Source: a virus | Length of the DNA: 64,000 nt | Direction: 5' to 3' (one strand) | IMG/VR virus record: IMGVR_UViG_3300034068_000566 | Location: 1-64,000 of that record | In this document: piece by piece, positions 1 through 10,190 of the stretch | Layout: every line of letters starts with the position of its first letter | How positions within the stretch are numbered: position 1 is the first letter of the stretch | Program-made: the position numbers and the translations under genes | The notes under the pieces: generated by a model | The model's input: only the letters and a program-made list of their open reading frames with translations | The model's database searches: none | Told to the model about the DNA's origin: nothing

Positions 1-349
1 TAATTTCATTAACAGAAATATTTGGATTTGACGCCACCATCTCTGAAAATTGGAAGGTAGTTCCATAAACATCTCTACCATATTCTTGTGAATCTAAACC
101 ACAAGTGATACCCTGTGACCACTTACCATGAGTAATTCCTGGACCGCAGTAGTCGTTAGTAGGAATGGCAATAACTTGGAAGTCATCTCCGCCATACTTA
201 TCTTGAAGCCACTGTAGGACTTCCATCTGATTAGCGTTACCGCAACCAACTGTAGTGTTTACTAATAGACCAACCTTGCCTTTAAATTGATCTAAAAAAT
301 TGGGGGCTTCTTCAGCCGATAGCAGCGGGATATCATAAATAGGTTTCAT
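1..349 (-). CDS. Glutathione peroxidase-family (thioredoxin fold) protein, runs off the left edge
   Basis: Manual translation from ATG at 349: MKPIYDIPLLSAEEAPNFLDQFKGKVGLLVNTTVGCGNANQMEVLQWLQDKYGGDDFQVIAIPTNDYCG. This matches the GPx pattern KGKV.L.VN...CG...Q...L..L..KY...F.V.A.P.N. Confidence 0.8.
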   Translation of the reverse strand, partial: MKPIYDIPLLSAEEAPNFLDQFKGKVGLLVNTTVGCGNANQMEVLQWLQDKYGGDDFQVIAIPTNDYCGPGITHGKWSQGITCGLDSQEYGRDVYGTTFQFSEMVASNPNISVNEI

Positions 350-384
350 AACTACATTATACAGGCTTTTTAACTTAGCAAAGT

Positions 385-948
385 CTATTGATTAAAAAGC
401 GGGGATTTGGAAAGATCACAAGCAAATCCTATAGCAGCTCTAGGCATAGAGAAGTTAACCGCATGGTATGAATTAGCAGGAATATATACCATATCTCCTG
501 GATTTACACTATAGACCTTATCTTGACACATCCACTCTGTTGAACCTATACATTGCCAATAAAAATTATCTAAAGCATCTTTGTGGCTGGGGATATCTTT
601 TATGTTTGAAGAAAAATTAACATAAAAAGAGCTAAGACCTCCTGGAGCCTGAAGGTTTTTAACAAGAGAGCCTGCTATTTCTTCAGTTTTACCCATATGC
701 CCATGAGATGTTAGATAAAAGTAGAACGATTGCTTGATCATTACATTGCCTTTAATGACAGCATTTAATGATAGATCGTAATCATTTGGTTCGCTTGGCA
801 GATTGCTATTTTCTATTTTAGAACTTTCATCTATATAATCTATAAACTCTTGCCAAGATGGAGTATCAGTACAAAATCCTTTTAGTACAACTATTTCAGA
901 TGCTTTCTTGTGTTCTATAAGAGAACTTAGCATATCTTGAGTTATCAA
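385..948 (-). CDS. JmjC/cupin-type 2OG-Fe(II) oxygenase
   Basis: HKD...NFYWQCIG...W...PGDMVYIP...YHAV cupin motif with an HxD...H triad. Confidence 0.75.
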   Translation of the reverse strand: MITQDMLSSLIEHKKASEIVVLKGFCTDTPSWQEFIDYIDESSKIENSNLPSEPNDYDLSLNAVIKGNVMIKQSFYFYLTSHGHMGKTEEIAGSLVKNLQAPGGLSSFYVNFSSNIKDIPSHKDALDNFYWQCIGSTEWMCQDKVYSVNPGDMVYIPANSYHAVNFSMPRAAIGFACDLSKSPLFNQ

Positions 949-1040
949 TTATCCATCTCCTTTGACCATATGATAAAGCACTTATCACATTGTATTCCAT
1001 CTTTTCGCATATACCATTTATGATCACACTCTTTTGCCAT
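945..1040 (-). CDS. Small Cys/His (zinc-finger-like) protein
   Basis: MAKECDHKWYMRKDGIQCDKCFIIWSKEMDN; its stop overlaps the next start codon. Confidence 0.5.
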   Translation of the reverse strand: MAKECDHKWYMRKDGIQCDKCFIIWSKEMDN

Positions 1041-1400
1041 AAGCACACCATATTCTACCGTCTGTCATGGTTTGATGAAGCTCCCAAAAAAGAGGATCTT
1101 TGTGGCTCATCTCACATTTTGAGCATTCGTTTTTATTCATATACTAATCTTACCCTATTTGTGGGTATAGAAAGAACACTCCTACTAAAGCAATAACTAA
1201 CATAAATGATAATACCGCTATAGCAATATAGTCTTTCACGCAGACAGCCCCATTCTTAGATGAGCCTTACATACACTTGACATAGAATAAACTAAGCCTA
1301 CTTTGACAAGGTCGTTATACTCTGCTGGTTTGTCGCAGTAGAAGCATTTTTCTTTTAATGTAGCCATACATCTATTGTAGCAGATCAAAAATATCTAGGT

Positions 1401-2075
1401 TTAAATCCCTAGATGTCCATGCCAGATGTTATAGGCCAGTGGGTCCCACTGATTTCCAAAAAGGCTAAGGTGTCTATTATCTATCCAGAAATCATCAGTA
1501 TATCCAGATCCAATAAGTGTGTACCCGTATCTGGCAAGAATTTCTCTTTGTGTCTTTTTAACTTTTTCATCAATATCTAATGCTTGGTTAGAGCTTTCTT
1601 TATTTTCTAGCACAATAGTAGAAAACCTATACCTTGATAGTGGCATATTTATCAATGATAGAAGATTTACTGTGTCTGTATCTATAGATAAATGATCTAT
1701 CTGTTTTGGAAAATTATTCTCTTCAAAGTATTTATCCCAATTAAATGTAGTGGCATCACCATGTACGCATGGGTTGGATCTATTTTTATTATACTCATCT
1801 ACATAATGTTGCTCAATTTCTATTCCAACACCTGTCCAGCCAAACTCTTTTTCAAGCATATAGGTATTATTTCCATCACGCCAGTGTGAGGAACCAACTT
1901 CAACATAGGTTCCATTTTCCTTATCGCCACAAAGCCTTAAGGCAAAGGCATTTATAAAGGTAGCATCCTCATGTTCTATATTTAAAGATGCCTGAGTAAA
2001 TGCTTTAATAGTACGAATACCCTGTTTATAGTCATCTATAGTTATTTCCTGTAACTCTGGTAGTATTGGCTTCAT
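1401..2075 (-). CDS. FkbM-like SAM-dependent methyltransferase
   Basis: YVEVGS..GNNTY.LEK..GWTG..IE...IDHLSID motifs; paralog at 18350. Confidence 0.7.
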   Translation of the reverse strand: MKPILPELQEITIDDYKQGIRTIKAFTQASLNIEHEDATFINAFALRLCGDKENGTYVEVGSSHWRDGNNTYMLEKEFGWTGVGIEIEQHYVDEYNKNRSNPCVHGDATTFNWDKYFEENNFPKQIDHLSIDTDTVNLLSLINMPLSRYRFSTIVLENKESSNQALDIDEKVKKTQREILARYGYTLIGSGYTDDFWIDNRHLSLFGNQWDPLAYNIWHGHLGI

Positions 2076-2597
2076 ATTACAAGCATACCATGCTAAAGTT
2101 TTATACCTTTGTTGTCTTTTAAGTTCGGCGCAAAATAGAGGTTAATAAACCTTCCCATGCCCTAAAAGGGCACTATCGGTTAGTATCCAGCGGTTTTCAT
2201 ATATATATTATCTCAGAAATTGCGGGGGATGTCAAGAAAGACCCAAATATCCCTATGGTAATTCCTTAAAGAAGTCTATACCTATATACCACTTAAAGAG
2301 ATATAGCCCAATCTCCCATTGACGTTTGATAGGGTATCCCCAGTTAGCAAGATAGATACCGATAGCGTAGTTAGAAGTCATCTTGCCATAGTGTAGCTTC
2401 ATGTTAGACGAATGACCTTCGTAATGTTCATATTAGGTTCTTCTCTTAATGCCATAGCTCTGGCTTCTTCTTCGTTATCGGCAAAGACCTCAAGATCAAA
2501 TGCTCTGGCATATTCTAGTAGTGAGATTTTATATATGTTCATACTTTAAGTATAGCGGAGATAGGATGGTTTGTCAATATAGGTTCCGTGCAAAAAG

Positions 2598-2872
2598 TTA
2601 TCCACAGGTTTAGACATAATCTGGATGATCTAATGGAGTAGGTGCTGTGATAAGACATTTACATTCCATGCACTGAGCATCATCTAACAAGTACCCAGAA
2701 ATCTCATAGGTCTCATGATCAAATTGGACTGTTACCCTTAATAATGTAGATCCACAACAAGGACAAACAGGTGTTGGGATACCTCTGAGATTTACCATAT
2801 ATCTATAATATCAGAGAGTTATCCACATGTCAATAGGGTGGTTTGGTATAGTTATCCACAGGTTTATCCACA
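2598..2872 (+). promoter_or_regulatory. Cluster of four perfect DnaA boxes (TTATCCACA)
   Basis: Copies at 2598, 2819, 2852 and 2864, all in the same orientation; AT-rich tract at about 3140-3215. Confidence 0.65.
2610..2798 (-). CDS. Small zinc-ribbon protein
   Basis: CPCCG...CMEC; leaderless start 6 nt after TGATATTAT. Confidence 0.6.
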   Translation of the reverse strand: MVNLRGIPTPVCPCCGSTLLRVTVQFDHETYEISGYLLDDAQCMECKCLITAPTPLDHPDYV

Positions 2873-3657
2873 GAAATATGTTACTGATTATATTATTAGA
2901 CAAGGTTTAAGTGGAGCAAAGTGGAGGATAGTGGAGTATAGAACATTTTTAAGAGGGGCGTCGTAATGTACCAAACCCCATAGCCCCATATCAAACACTT
3001 ATACCACATATCCCCAAACATGTCAAACCTTATATCCCCATAGCTCGATAGCGCATTATATACCAAACATTAGTGTTTGTCAAGTATATTTTGTACCAAA
3101 ATAGTATGACAATTTCCTGTGAATTTGGATCAATATCGTAATATAAATATATAAATGTTTTATAAAATTAAATAAAATAAAAGAAAGTTATTGTTTTATA
3201 TATAGTGTTTTATATAGGGGTGTTTGGGTATCAGATGGTGTTCTTTATCCCCTGGATTATTTGGCGGGGATCGTAATGTCTGACAGGATAAGAAAACACG
3301 CTGAGGCGGGGGACCTAAAGAAGTATAGATACTATAAGTAAAGAAACTGTCATAGTAATAAACCCTATAGCTATAAAGATAGAAACACAGTCTGGTTTTT
3401 TATCATTTGGTTCTTCATGGTCTTGATGCTTAGACAAACCATTATTAATAAAGCATGGTCCACCATATTTAGAGAAATAATTTCTACCCATAAAACCATT
3501 ATACATCTATTTGACAAACAAGGTTTGATATGCTAGAATCCTGGCGATTTTTTAGAGAGGTTCGTAATACCTTGGTTTGGAAAATGTTACTCGAAAACCT
3601 GGGCTATTTTTTAAGAGTTCGTAATAGATTGTTTTCAAAAATAAATTTCGAAAATCC

Positions 3658-3951
3658 CTATTCGGGATCGTCTAGCTTTTTCTCATAGGCAATGTCTAAT
3701 AAGGCTGTTAGATTGTCAACGCCTTCTAACTCTTCATCTGTTATATTCATTGCGGCAAGGAACAGGTCAAAGGTTTCCTCAATATACTTTTCAGACAAGG
3801 GTGTAGGAGTAACCAATTCATTAGCAATAAGATATGCCATAGGCAAGCCCAGGTCGTTATACTCCATGAACATGCTCATCTCTTCATCATCCCTGAAATC
3901 AATCCAAAGCTGGCCAAGGATAGCGCATTGATCCTCAAACTCTATATTCAT
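3658..3951 (-). CDS. Hypothetical acidic phage protein
   Basis: ORF overlapping its neighbours in a minus-strand operon. Confidence 0.6.
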   Translation of the reverse strand: MNIEFEDQCAILGQLWIDFRDDEEMSMFMEYNDLGLPMAYLIANELVTPTPLSEKYIEETFDLFLAAMNITDEELEGVDNLTALLDIAYEKKLDDPE

Positions 3952-4235
3952 TCTGCTACTTCCTGTATCTTGAAAAACGCTTCAATGTTTTCATATTCAT
4001 CTCTAGGATCAAGGTCACGCATTTCACAGAACACATTCCAAACATAGTCAATAATTTCTTGAGAGTTCTTAGTAGGCTTAGCCCAATCAACAGCAATCAT
4101 TTTACATAGTTCAAGGACATCTTCATATTGCTGAAAGAACTCAGGTGGTAAGTAAGCACTATCAATCTCTAAGTTGTGTTCCCATAAGAAGGCTAGGACT
4201 TGTACCTTGCCTATTTTTTTAGTCTTCCCAATCAT
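3948..4235 (-). CDS. Hypothetical protein, possible paralog of 3658..3951
   Basis: Similar length and L..LW...PT spacing. Confidence 0.5.
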   Translation of the reverse strand: MIGKTKKIGKVQVLAFLWEHNLEIDSAYLPPEFFQQYEDVLELCKMIAVDWAKPTKNSQEIIDYVWNVFCEMRDLDPRDEYENIEAFFKIQEVAE

Positions 4236-4476
4236 GATTTCTCCAGTCCCTGTAATCGTGGTGCATTCGTGGTTCGTTAATTATCTTTTCTCGTTCTGCT
4301 TGGGCACTCTCTAATACTACCATAACTCTACTAAAAGTTAAAGTAGGTAAGACTCGTGCTACCATTTTTCCTACCTGCTCTAAGTCAAGATTGAGGTCGC
4401 TGACAATGATATTTAATTTTTGTGCTATCTTCTCTTCACTTGTCGTACCGCTAGAATTGCGTATAGAAAATGTCAT
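4219..4476 (-). CDS. Hypothetical phage protein
   Basis: ORF with SD and upstream TACAAT. Confidence 0.55.
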   Translation of the reverse strand: MTFSIRNSSGTTSEEKIAQKLNIIVSDLNLDLEQVGKMVARVLPTLTFSRVMVVLESAQAEREKIINEPRMHHDYRDWRNHDWED

Positions 4477-4550
4477 GTTTCCCCTCTCTCTCTATTGTAC
4501 CGCAAAAAGGAAAGAAGGGCAAGCCCCACGCCTGCCCCCCTTGTCCTATG

Positions 4551-4709
4551 CTAGCGAGAGGTGACCCGTTCCCCTTGCTTGAGAGCGCTAAGACTGGTAT
4601 TGTCAACAAACTTACCATTCTTGCGAAGTACAATACGTTGAGACTTACCGTAACGGGTATCCCATGTTTCCAGGTACGGGACGGTCTTTGCTTTTGCTTT
4701 CTTGGCCAT
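4551..4709 (-). CDS. Small basic hypothetical protein
   Basis: MAKKAKAKTVPYLETWDTRYGKSQRIVLRKNGKFVDN...; AAGGAG SD; hairpin just downstream. Confidence 0.55.
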   Translation of the reverse strand: MAKKAKAKTVPYLETWDTRYGKSQRIVLRKNGKFVDNTSLSALKQGERVTSR

Positions 4710-4719
4710 GTGTTTCTCC

Positions 4720-5076
4720 TTAGTTAGTTAGTGATAGATGTGGTGCGTATGCATTAATAAATGCGTTAAATTCAACAGGGTGACTATCGGTAACAGTATT
4801 ATTAGTAAAGTCAACAACAATGCTTTGTTCGCCTAGGTCCCACGACTCATTGTTAATAGCATAGATACCAAAACCGTGCTCCTCTAGTAGGCTGTGTTGA
4901 ATAAGATAACTAATCATCATGCGGGTGGCATATGAAGAGTCTGACCAACGGACACGAGCATGTGTCAGCGCAGCAGCAATGTCAGGTTGCCAATCTGTTT
5001 GGCCCCAATGACTATAGAGTACTACACTGGGCCCTGACTCTGAGTCTTTAAATATAAAATTAATTCTTGCTCCCAT
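4720..5076 (-). CDS. Hypothetical phage protein (LYSHW motif)
   Basis: MGARINF...VLYSHWG; translationally coupled to the upstream ORF. Confidence 0.6.
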   Translation of the reverse strand: MGARINFIFKDSESGPSVVLYSHWGQTDWQPDIAAALTHARVRWSDSSYATRMMISYLIQHSLLEEHGFGIYAINNESWDLGEQSIVVDFTNNTVTDSHPVEFNAFINAYAPHLSLTN

Positions 5077-7058
5077 TATTGTCCACCTTCTTCGTCATAA
5101 CATCCGCAACATTCAACGCAGATCTGTTCATCATCCTTGTAGCAGTTAGGGCACATGTACTCTGACATATTCATCTCAGGGTCCTTGCACCATTCACATA
5201 TGGCAACGCATAGTTCATCAAAAGTGTATTCAGATAAACGCTTATCTAGTCTGTTAGTCTGTATCGTCATCATCGCTTGGGTCTGAGATGTATCCACGGT
5301 TGGCCATCCACTCTAATACATCTTCTTGGTGTTGTTCGGCACCGTATTCTAATGAGAAGCCTGCTCCATTGCTAACGGCGTCACATAAGTATAGCCACAT
5401 GTCATCCTTACTTACTGTGGCCTTCCATTCAGGGTCATCTAAAATATTATTAATAGTGCTCCATGTCCACAGCCACACTAGTGATAGGCCAAGGTCGGTT
5501 GAGTCTAGAATATCTAGACATTGGTTTAGTTTATCTTTATCATCGGGTTTCATATTACTATTTTACTCCTCTTCCTCATCCTCGTCAAGTTCATCCTCAT
5601 AACGTTGGATAACTTCAACTTGAACATCTGTACCCTCTATCCAAGGCCTCTCAGTAATAAAATATCCAATACGATTAACAAAACTATAGCCAGCCCAGAT
5701 ATAGGTGCCTCCATCATCACCATCACCATAAGTCCAAACAATGTAATCATCTGCCTCCTGTATGAATTTGAGTTCGTCGCCATATGTTTCAAACATATAG
5801 CCATACTCTCCATCGCTAAATGAAGCATTAGTGTCTATATGATTAGGGATTGGTTTGTAGGTATCAAACCATTTGTCATAGTCCATTTCAATAAAATTAT
5901 TCATGTGGGGTCCTTTCAAGGTTAGTACGGTCTATACTTAAATTATACGTCAAGCAGTAGGCATTTGTCAAGGCCTCCATATATCCCTGCAAAAATCTGT
6001 CATCGTTATCTTCCATAGCTTCTTGACAGTCCAGCATTTCTACCTTAAGCCAGCCATGCATTAAATCAATTAGCGGTATAGAGACATCCTCTAAGGCTTT
6101 CGTTAAATGGTCGGGGATAAAAGGATACTTATCACTCATTTATAATCCCCAATAGGTGATCACAGGTATCAATTGCTCCCATGTAAAATGAATCTGATTC
6201 AAAGTACTCATCATCGGGAATCTCAATACCCTCTTGTGCGTCTGCCATATCTTGTTCTAAAGAAATCCTGTGAATATTTATATACTCTCTTAATGTATTT
6301 AGGTCCATATATTAATTATAGGGGTTTGAGTTGATTTTTACAAGCGGTGTGGGTGTGATACTGGTCACATCACTATGGGATGAGGCAAAGATTGTGCCTG
6401 GAAGTTTATGTGTACTTAATTTAACAATGGCCTGGTGAGGGCACGGACAAATCGGGGTAGCAATATATTCATCTTTCCAATAAGTAGTAAACTCCATAAG
6501 AGTATCACACTCAGTACAAAGAAACTCATGCTTAGTCCAGTGGTTTGAAAACATTAGTCATCCTCATCTTCATCTAAGAAATCATTATAGGAACCAAAGG
6601 TAGGCGTAGCCCAGTCAGGAGCATCAATACCCCAATTATCGGGGGAGTAAACAACATCTCTTGTACCGTCAGGATTCATTAGTCAAAGTATCCTTCTGCC
6701 CATAGGCCTTGTAAGAATTCGTGAGCGGTAACTAAATAATTATGAATAGCAGGATTCTCATCAGCATTAATTAACAGATCAGCAGAGCCAACCCCATAAA
6801 TCATATTATCTAAATCTTCTTTAGTATAGCCCATCATAGGTAAAAGTCATCTCCTTCTTTATATCCATAGTATTCGTTATATGATTGTTTTAGTGTATCA
6901 GGAGCGTATGACATAAATTGCCATTCAGCATACTCACTACCCTCATCTAAATTTCTATCATTCCATTGCTCAAAGAGTTCTTGCTCAATATCTACCTGAA
7001 TTGCTCCAAGGATGTGTTCGCCTACTGTATCTGTAAATGGTTCTATTGTTTGGGTCAT
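5076..7058 (-). other. Run of short, mostly acidic early ORFs (5076, 5254, 5563, 5897, 6312, 6834 and smaller ones)
   Basis: Tightly packed or overlapping minus-strand ORFs with no recognisable domains. Confidence 0.55.
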
Positions 7059-7176
7059 GTATTAATTATCGCACAAACCCTGCAAAATGTCAACTCCTTA
7101 CGTAATCCAATTCCTGGAAAAATATCATTGCTTACGTAATCATTGATTTTAAAAAATGTCAAATTCGAAAATCTTG

Positions 7177-7250
7177 CGATCTGTATCGGACTTGAACCGA
7201 CGACCTCTACCGTGACAGGGTAGCGCTCTAACCAACTGAGCTAACAGACC
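7177..7250 (-). tRNA. tRNA-Asp (GTC), CCA not encoded
   Basis: GGTCTGT TAGCTCAGTTGGTTAGAGC G CTACC CTGTCAC GGTAG AGGTC GTCGG TTCAAGT CCGAT ACAGATC G cloverleaf. Confidence 0.95.
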
Positions 7251-7256
7251 TAATGG

Positions 7257-7286
7257 TGAGCAGTTTGAAATCTTGCTCAGGATTTT
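7257..7286 (-). ncRNA. Compact H-type pseudoknot element, copy 1 of 5
   Basis: AAAUC CU GAGCA A GAUUU CAAAC UGCUC. Confidence 0.65.
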
Positions 7287-7290
7287 TTTG

Positions 7291-8307
7291 TTAGGCTAAC
7301 GCCATAACATTTTGAACAACTTTTAACAAGCGATTCTTTTCTGCGTTAATAGCAGGATCAAATCCACTTGCGCTTGCGAGAATAGATTCGTTAGAACCAC
7401 CACGAGCAGAACGATACCAGTCAAGGCGTTCGGTTAGCGCATTGAACGCACCCCAAGCAGAACCAGCAATCATTCCGTTAAACTCACCTGTGTAAATATC
7501 ATTGACCACGTCAATTTTATTTTCCCACTTTTTAAGTGAACCCTTAGAATCTTTTTCAGGCTTAGGGTAAGCAGCAAGAATGATGTTATTGAAATCAACA
7601 GCATTGACTTCTTTTTCAATCATAGCCTTAGCCATAATGTCAAATTCGTCCATATACTTATTAGCCATGCCAAGAGTTTCACGAGCAATTTGTACCTTGC
7701 CGTTAGCAGTTTGAGTATGGCGAATCTTGAAAGATTGCTTGATACCATTCTTTTTCTTGATTGAACCAAGAGCAAGATTGAGAGTGTTAGCGCATACAAC
7801 ACGAACAGGTGTGATACTTGCTTGAATAGCGATTGAGCCGTCATGTGATGTGTTGATGAGCAAATAAGTTTTAACCTTATCGGCAACACCAGTAGGGTCA
7901 AGAATTGTTTCACGTTCTAGTGCTAACGCACCGAATACAACACGACCACCCTTAATTGAGCCAGCAGTTTCCCAACGACCACCGCCGTCTAGGATATTGT
8001 CACCGAATGAGAATAGATCCTCATTCTGTAAAACATGGTAGCGTTCACCAACTACACCAAGAATATCTGTCTGAGTGTTATCGGTGGGATTAGTACGCAA
8101 GACATATTGGTACGCCTTGTCGCTTGTTAGATGTGTAGGGGTTTCTAAATCCTCTAAGCGAACATTCCACCCGTCAAGATTTGCTAATGAAAGCATTTCT
8201 GATGTGGTTTTTTCCTCTGAGAATACAGTACCCAATCCATGCCAAGCAGGTTCACGGAATGAAGCAAAACTTGCTACCCCATTTTGTGATTCTAGTTCAT
8301 GTGCCAT
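7291..8307 (-). CDS. DUF932-family phage/plasmid protein (TIGR03299-like)
   Basis: MAHELE...AWHGLG...Y..LQN...ETAG...GG.VF...SHDG...TPVRVVCANTL...RHT. Confidence 0.85.
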   Translation of the reverse strand: MAHELESQNGVASFASFREPAWHGLGTVFSEEKTTSEMLSLANLDGWNVRLEDLETPTHLTSDKAYQYVLRTNPTDNTQTDILGVVGERYHVLQNEDLFSFGDNILDGGGRWETAGSIKGGRVVFGALALERETILDPTGVADKVKTYLLINTSHDGSIAIQASITPVRVVCANTLNLALGSIKKKNGIKQSFKIRHTQTANGKVQIARETLGMANKYMDEFDIMAKAMIEKEVNAVDFNNIILAAYPKPEKDSKGSLKKWENKIDVVNDIYTGEFNGMIAGSAWGAFNALTERLDWYRSARGGSNESILASASGFDPAINAEKNRLLKVVQNVMALA

Positions 8308-8468
8308 GAGTTTATTTCCTTTCGTTTGATTGTTAATTTAAGTATAACATTACGGACTGACAAAAGCAAATCGGGATAGTTAAACATGGACAATCTGGAC
8401 ATTTTTTCCGTGATCTTAATCACATGATCGTAACTTGACTTTTAAGCTGGCCCGTTCGAAAATTTTGT

Positions 8469-8498
8469 GAAGCAGTTTTAGGACGTGCTCAGGTCCTT
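8469..8498 (-). ncRNA. Pseudoknot element, copy 2
   Basis: AGGAC CU GAGCA C GUCCU AAAAC UGCUU. Confidence 0.6.
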
Positions 8499-8515
8499 TG
8501 ATTAGTAGCCCCCTA

Positions 8516-8920
8516 CTAAACTTCTATTCGGTCAACACTTGATGAAAGATATTCAACACCTTCAGGATAATTAACAGAATCAAAATCAATATCGTGAATT
8601 AAATTTAGTGCTGACTCTTCATCACGAGCACGACATGTCACTGAATATTGAACTGTAACTTCTAATTCAAATTCTTTTGACAATTCAAATCCGCAAATGT
8701 TAGCGATCTGCTCCGCTTCTGCTTCATTGATTGAAGCCTCTTCCAAAGCATTCATAGTCCAGTCAAACATGTCATCACGCAAGCGCTGTAGGGTGCCTGC
8801 TGTTTCATAGTCACGCTGCGCTAAATTCTGGGAATGTAGAACTAAATCATTAATTCGTTCATCCTGCTTAGCAATAGTGGCCTTAAGAAAATCCTCTGTG
8901 GCATTTGTAGTTGTAATCAT
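8516..8920 (-). CDS. Hypothetical phage protein
   Basis: Coupled ORF with a coiled-coil-like N-terminus. Confidence 0.6.
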   Translation of the reverse strand: MITTTNATEDFLKATIAKQDERINDLVLHSQNLAQRDYETAGTLQRLRDDMFDWTMNALEEASINEAEAEQIANICGFELSKEFELEVTVQYSVTCRARDEESALNLIHDIDFDSVNYPEGVEYLSSSVDRIEV

Positions 8921-9186
8921 TAGTTATCCAATCCTTCTGTTAGTTGATTCATTTCTTTCATTGTAGCAACCATGTCTGACATATCTGATTCTGATAAGCA
9001 AATAGACGAGACAAGTGTTGCTGTTAGTGCTGATAGTGAGGCACTGTATTTAAATAGCAACCGAGCAAACTCTTCATTTTCCATGTATTCACGGTTTTTA
9101 AACATAAATTGCGCTAAACCCATTAGTTCATGATCAAAGAGGGCTTCCTCTGTTGCTTCTTTAATTTGTAACATTGTGCTAATCAT
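8920..9186 (-). CDS. Hypothetical phage protein
   Basis: ORF with AAAGG SD. Confidence 0.6.
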   Translation of the reverse strand: MISTMLQIKEATEEALFDHELMGLAQFMFKNREYMENEEFARLLFKYSASLSALTATLVSSICLSESDMSDMVATMKEMNQLTEGLDN

Positions 9187-9212
9187 TGGGCTACCTTTCT
9201 AAAGTTTTGTGT

Positions 9213-9241
9213 TGAGCAGTTTATAGTCATGCTCAGGACAT
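9213..9241 (-). ncRNA. Pseudoknot element, copy 3
   Basis: GUC CU GAGCA U GAC UAUAAAC UGCUC. Confidence 0.6.
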
Positions 9242-9254
9242 TTCCGTTAAGGAA

Positions 9255-9677
9255 TTATAGGTATTCTGATACAGCGTTGTAAGTGCTGGTATTGACAGTT
9301 TCCTCATCTGTCATTTTAAGAATACGAATTGCGTTTTCCAATTCCTTCTTTGACTCACGATAAGTGCTGGCATGAATAAACTCTACTTCACGCTCAGGCT
9401 CAGGTGGCATTTGTGCTTCTGATACTTTGAGGTCAAAGTCAATGTTTAGAGTGTCGTTATACGCACGATAGTTAGTGCGTAAGTTAAAGGCTTGCTTGAT
9501 GTTATCAAGTGCGAAAGTAAGAACTTCTGCTTTCCATGCTTCCATAGCCTTCTCAAACTTTAGTTCATTTTCTTTTTGTGTTGCGTAGTTAGTTTCTAAC
9601 TTAGCAAGTGATACCTCTAGTGCGTTGATGATTTTAGGTGTTGCGATTTTGACATTTATTGCTTTTGCTCTAGCCAT
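9255..9677 (-). CDS. Hypothetical phage protein
   Basis: 140-aa ORF with its own promoter at 9711-9732. Confidence 0.65.
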   Translation of the reverse strand: MARAKAINVKIATPKIINALEVSLAKLETNYATQKENELKFEKAMEAWKAEVLTFALDNIKQAFNLRTNYRAYNDTLNIDFDLKVSEAQMPPEPEREVEFIHASTYRESKKELENAIRILKMTDEETVNTSTYNAVSEYL

Positions 9678-9735
9678 GTGTTTTCTCGTTTCTGTTTGTG
9701 GGGTATTTCTATTATAGGGGGTGGGTGTGACATTT

Positions 9736-9764
9736 TGAGCAGTTTGTATTCATGCTCAGGAATA
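9736..9764 (-). ncRNA. Pseudoknot element, copy 4
   Basis: UAUUC CU GAGCA U GAAUA CAAAC UGCUC. Confidence 0.65.
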
Positions 9765-9774
9765 AGTAATTAGA

Positions 9775-9939
9775 TTACTTTGCTGTCCAAGTTGTGTAGC
9801 GGTGTGCGCCATTGACATCTAGTTTGACTCGGACATTACCATTTGATAGTGGAGTAATCTCTGCGATTGTTCCAGTTACCTTTGATTTTTGTGTGGTGTA
9901 GGTGTCGCCTACCTTGTAAGTTGCTGTATTAACTGACAT
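9775..9939 (-). CDS. Small SH3-like beta-barrel protein
   Basis: MSVNTATYKVGDTYTTQKSKVTGTIAEITPLSNGNVRVKLDVNGAHRYTTWTAK; has SD and promoter. Confidence 0.6.
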   Translation of the reverse strand: MSVNTATYKVGDTYTTQKSKVTGTIAEITPLSNGNVRVKLDVNGAHRYTTWTAK

Positions 9940-10190
9940 TGTATTTCCTTTTCTGTTAGTTGGTTATAGATTAAGTATAACATTTCCTACTGACATTTAT
10001 CAAATTATTATCTGATAATCTCACTATGTGGAATTGTTATTTGGTTATACCTAAGTATGACAGAAAATGTCATAAATGTCAATTCTTAATCGTAAACCTG
10101 GGTGTGATAAATGTCACCTTAATCTGCTATGTGATAAATCTCACACGTGTCGAAAATTTCTGCGGGGAAGCACAGAAATTAACTTATTAC

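Noticed and set aside
7257-7286. Reading the GAGCA...TGCTC repeats as operator palindromes or plain terminators
   Set aside because: Compensatory changes between the loop and the flank fit a pseudoknot, and there is no U-tract on the transcribed strand
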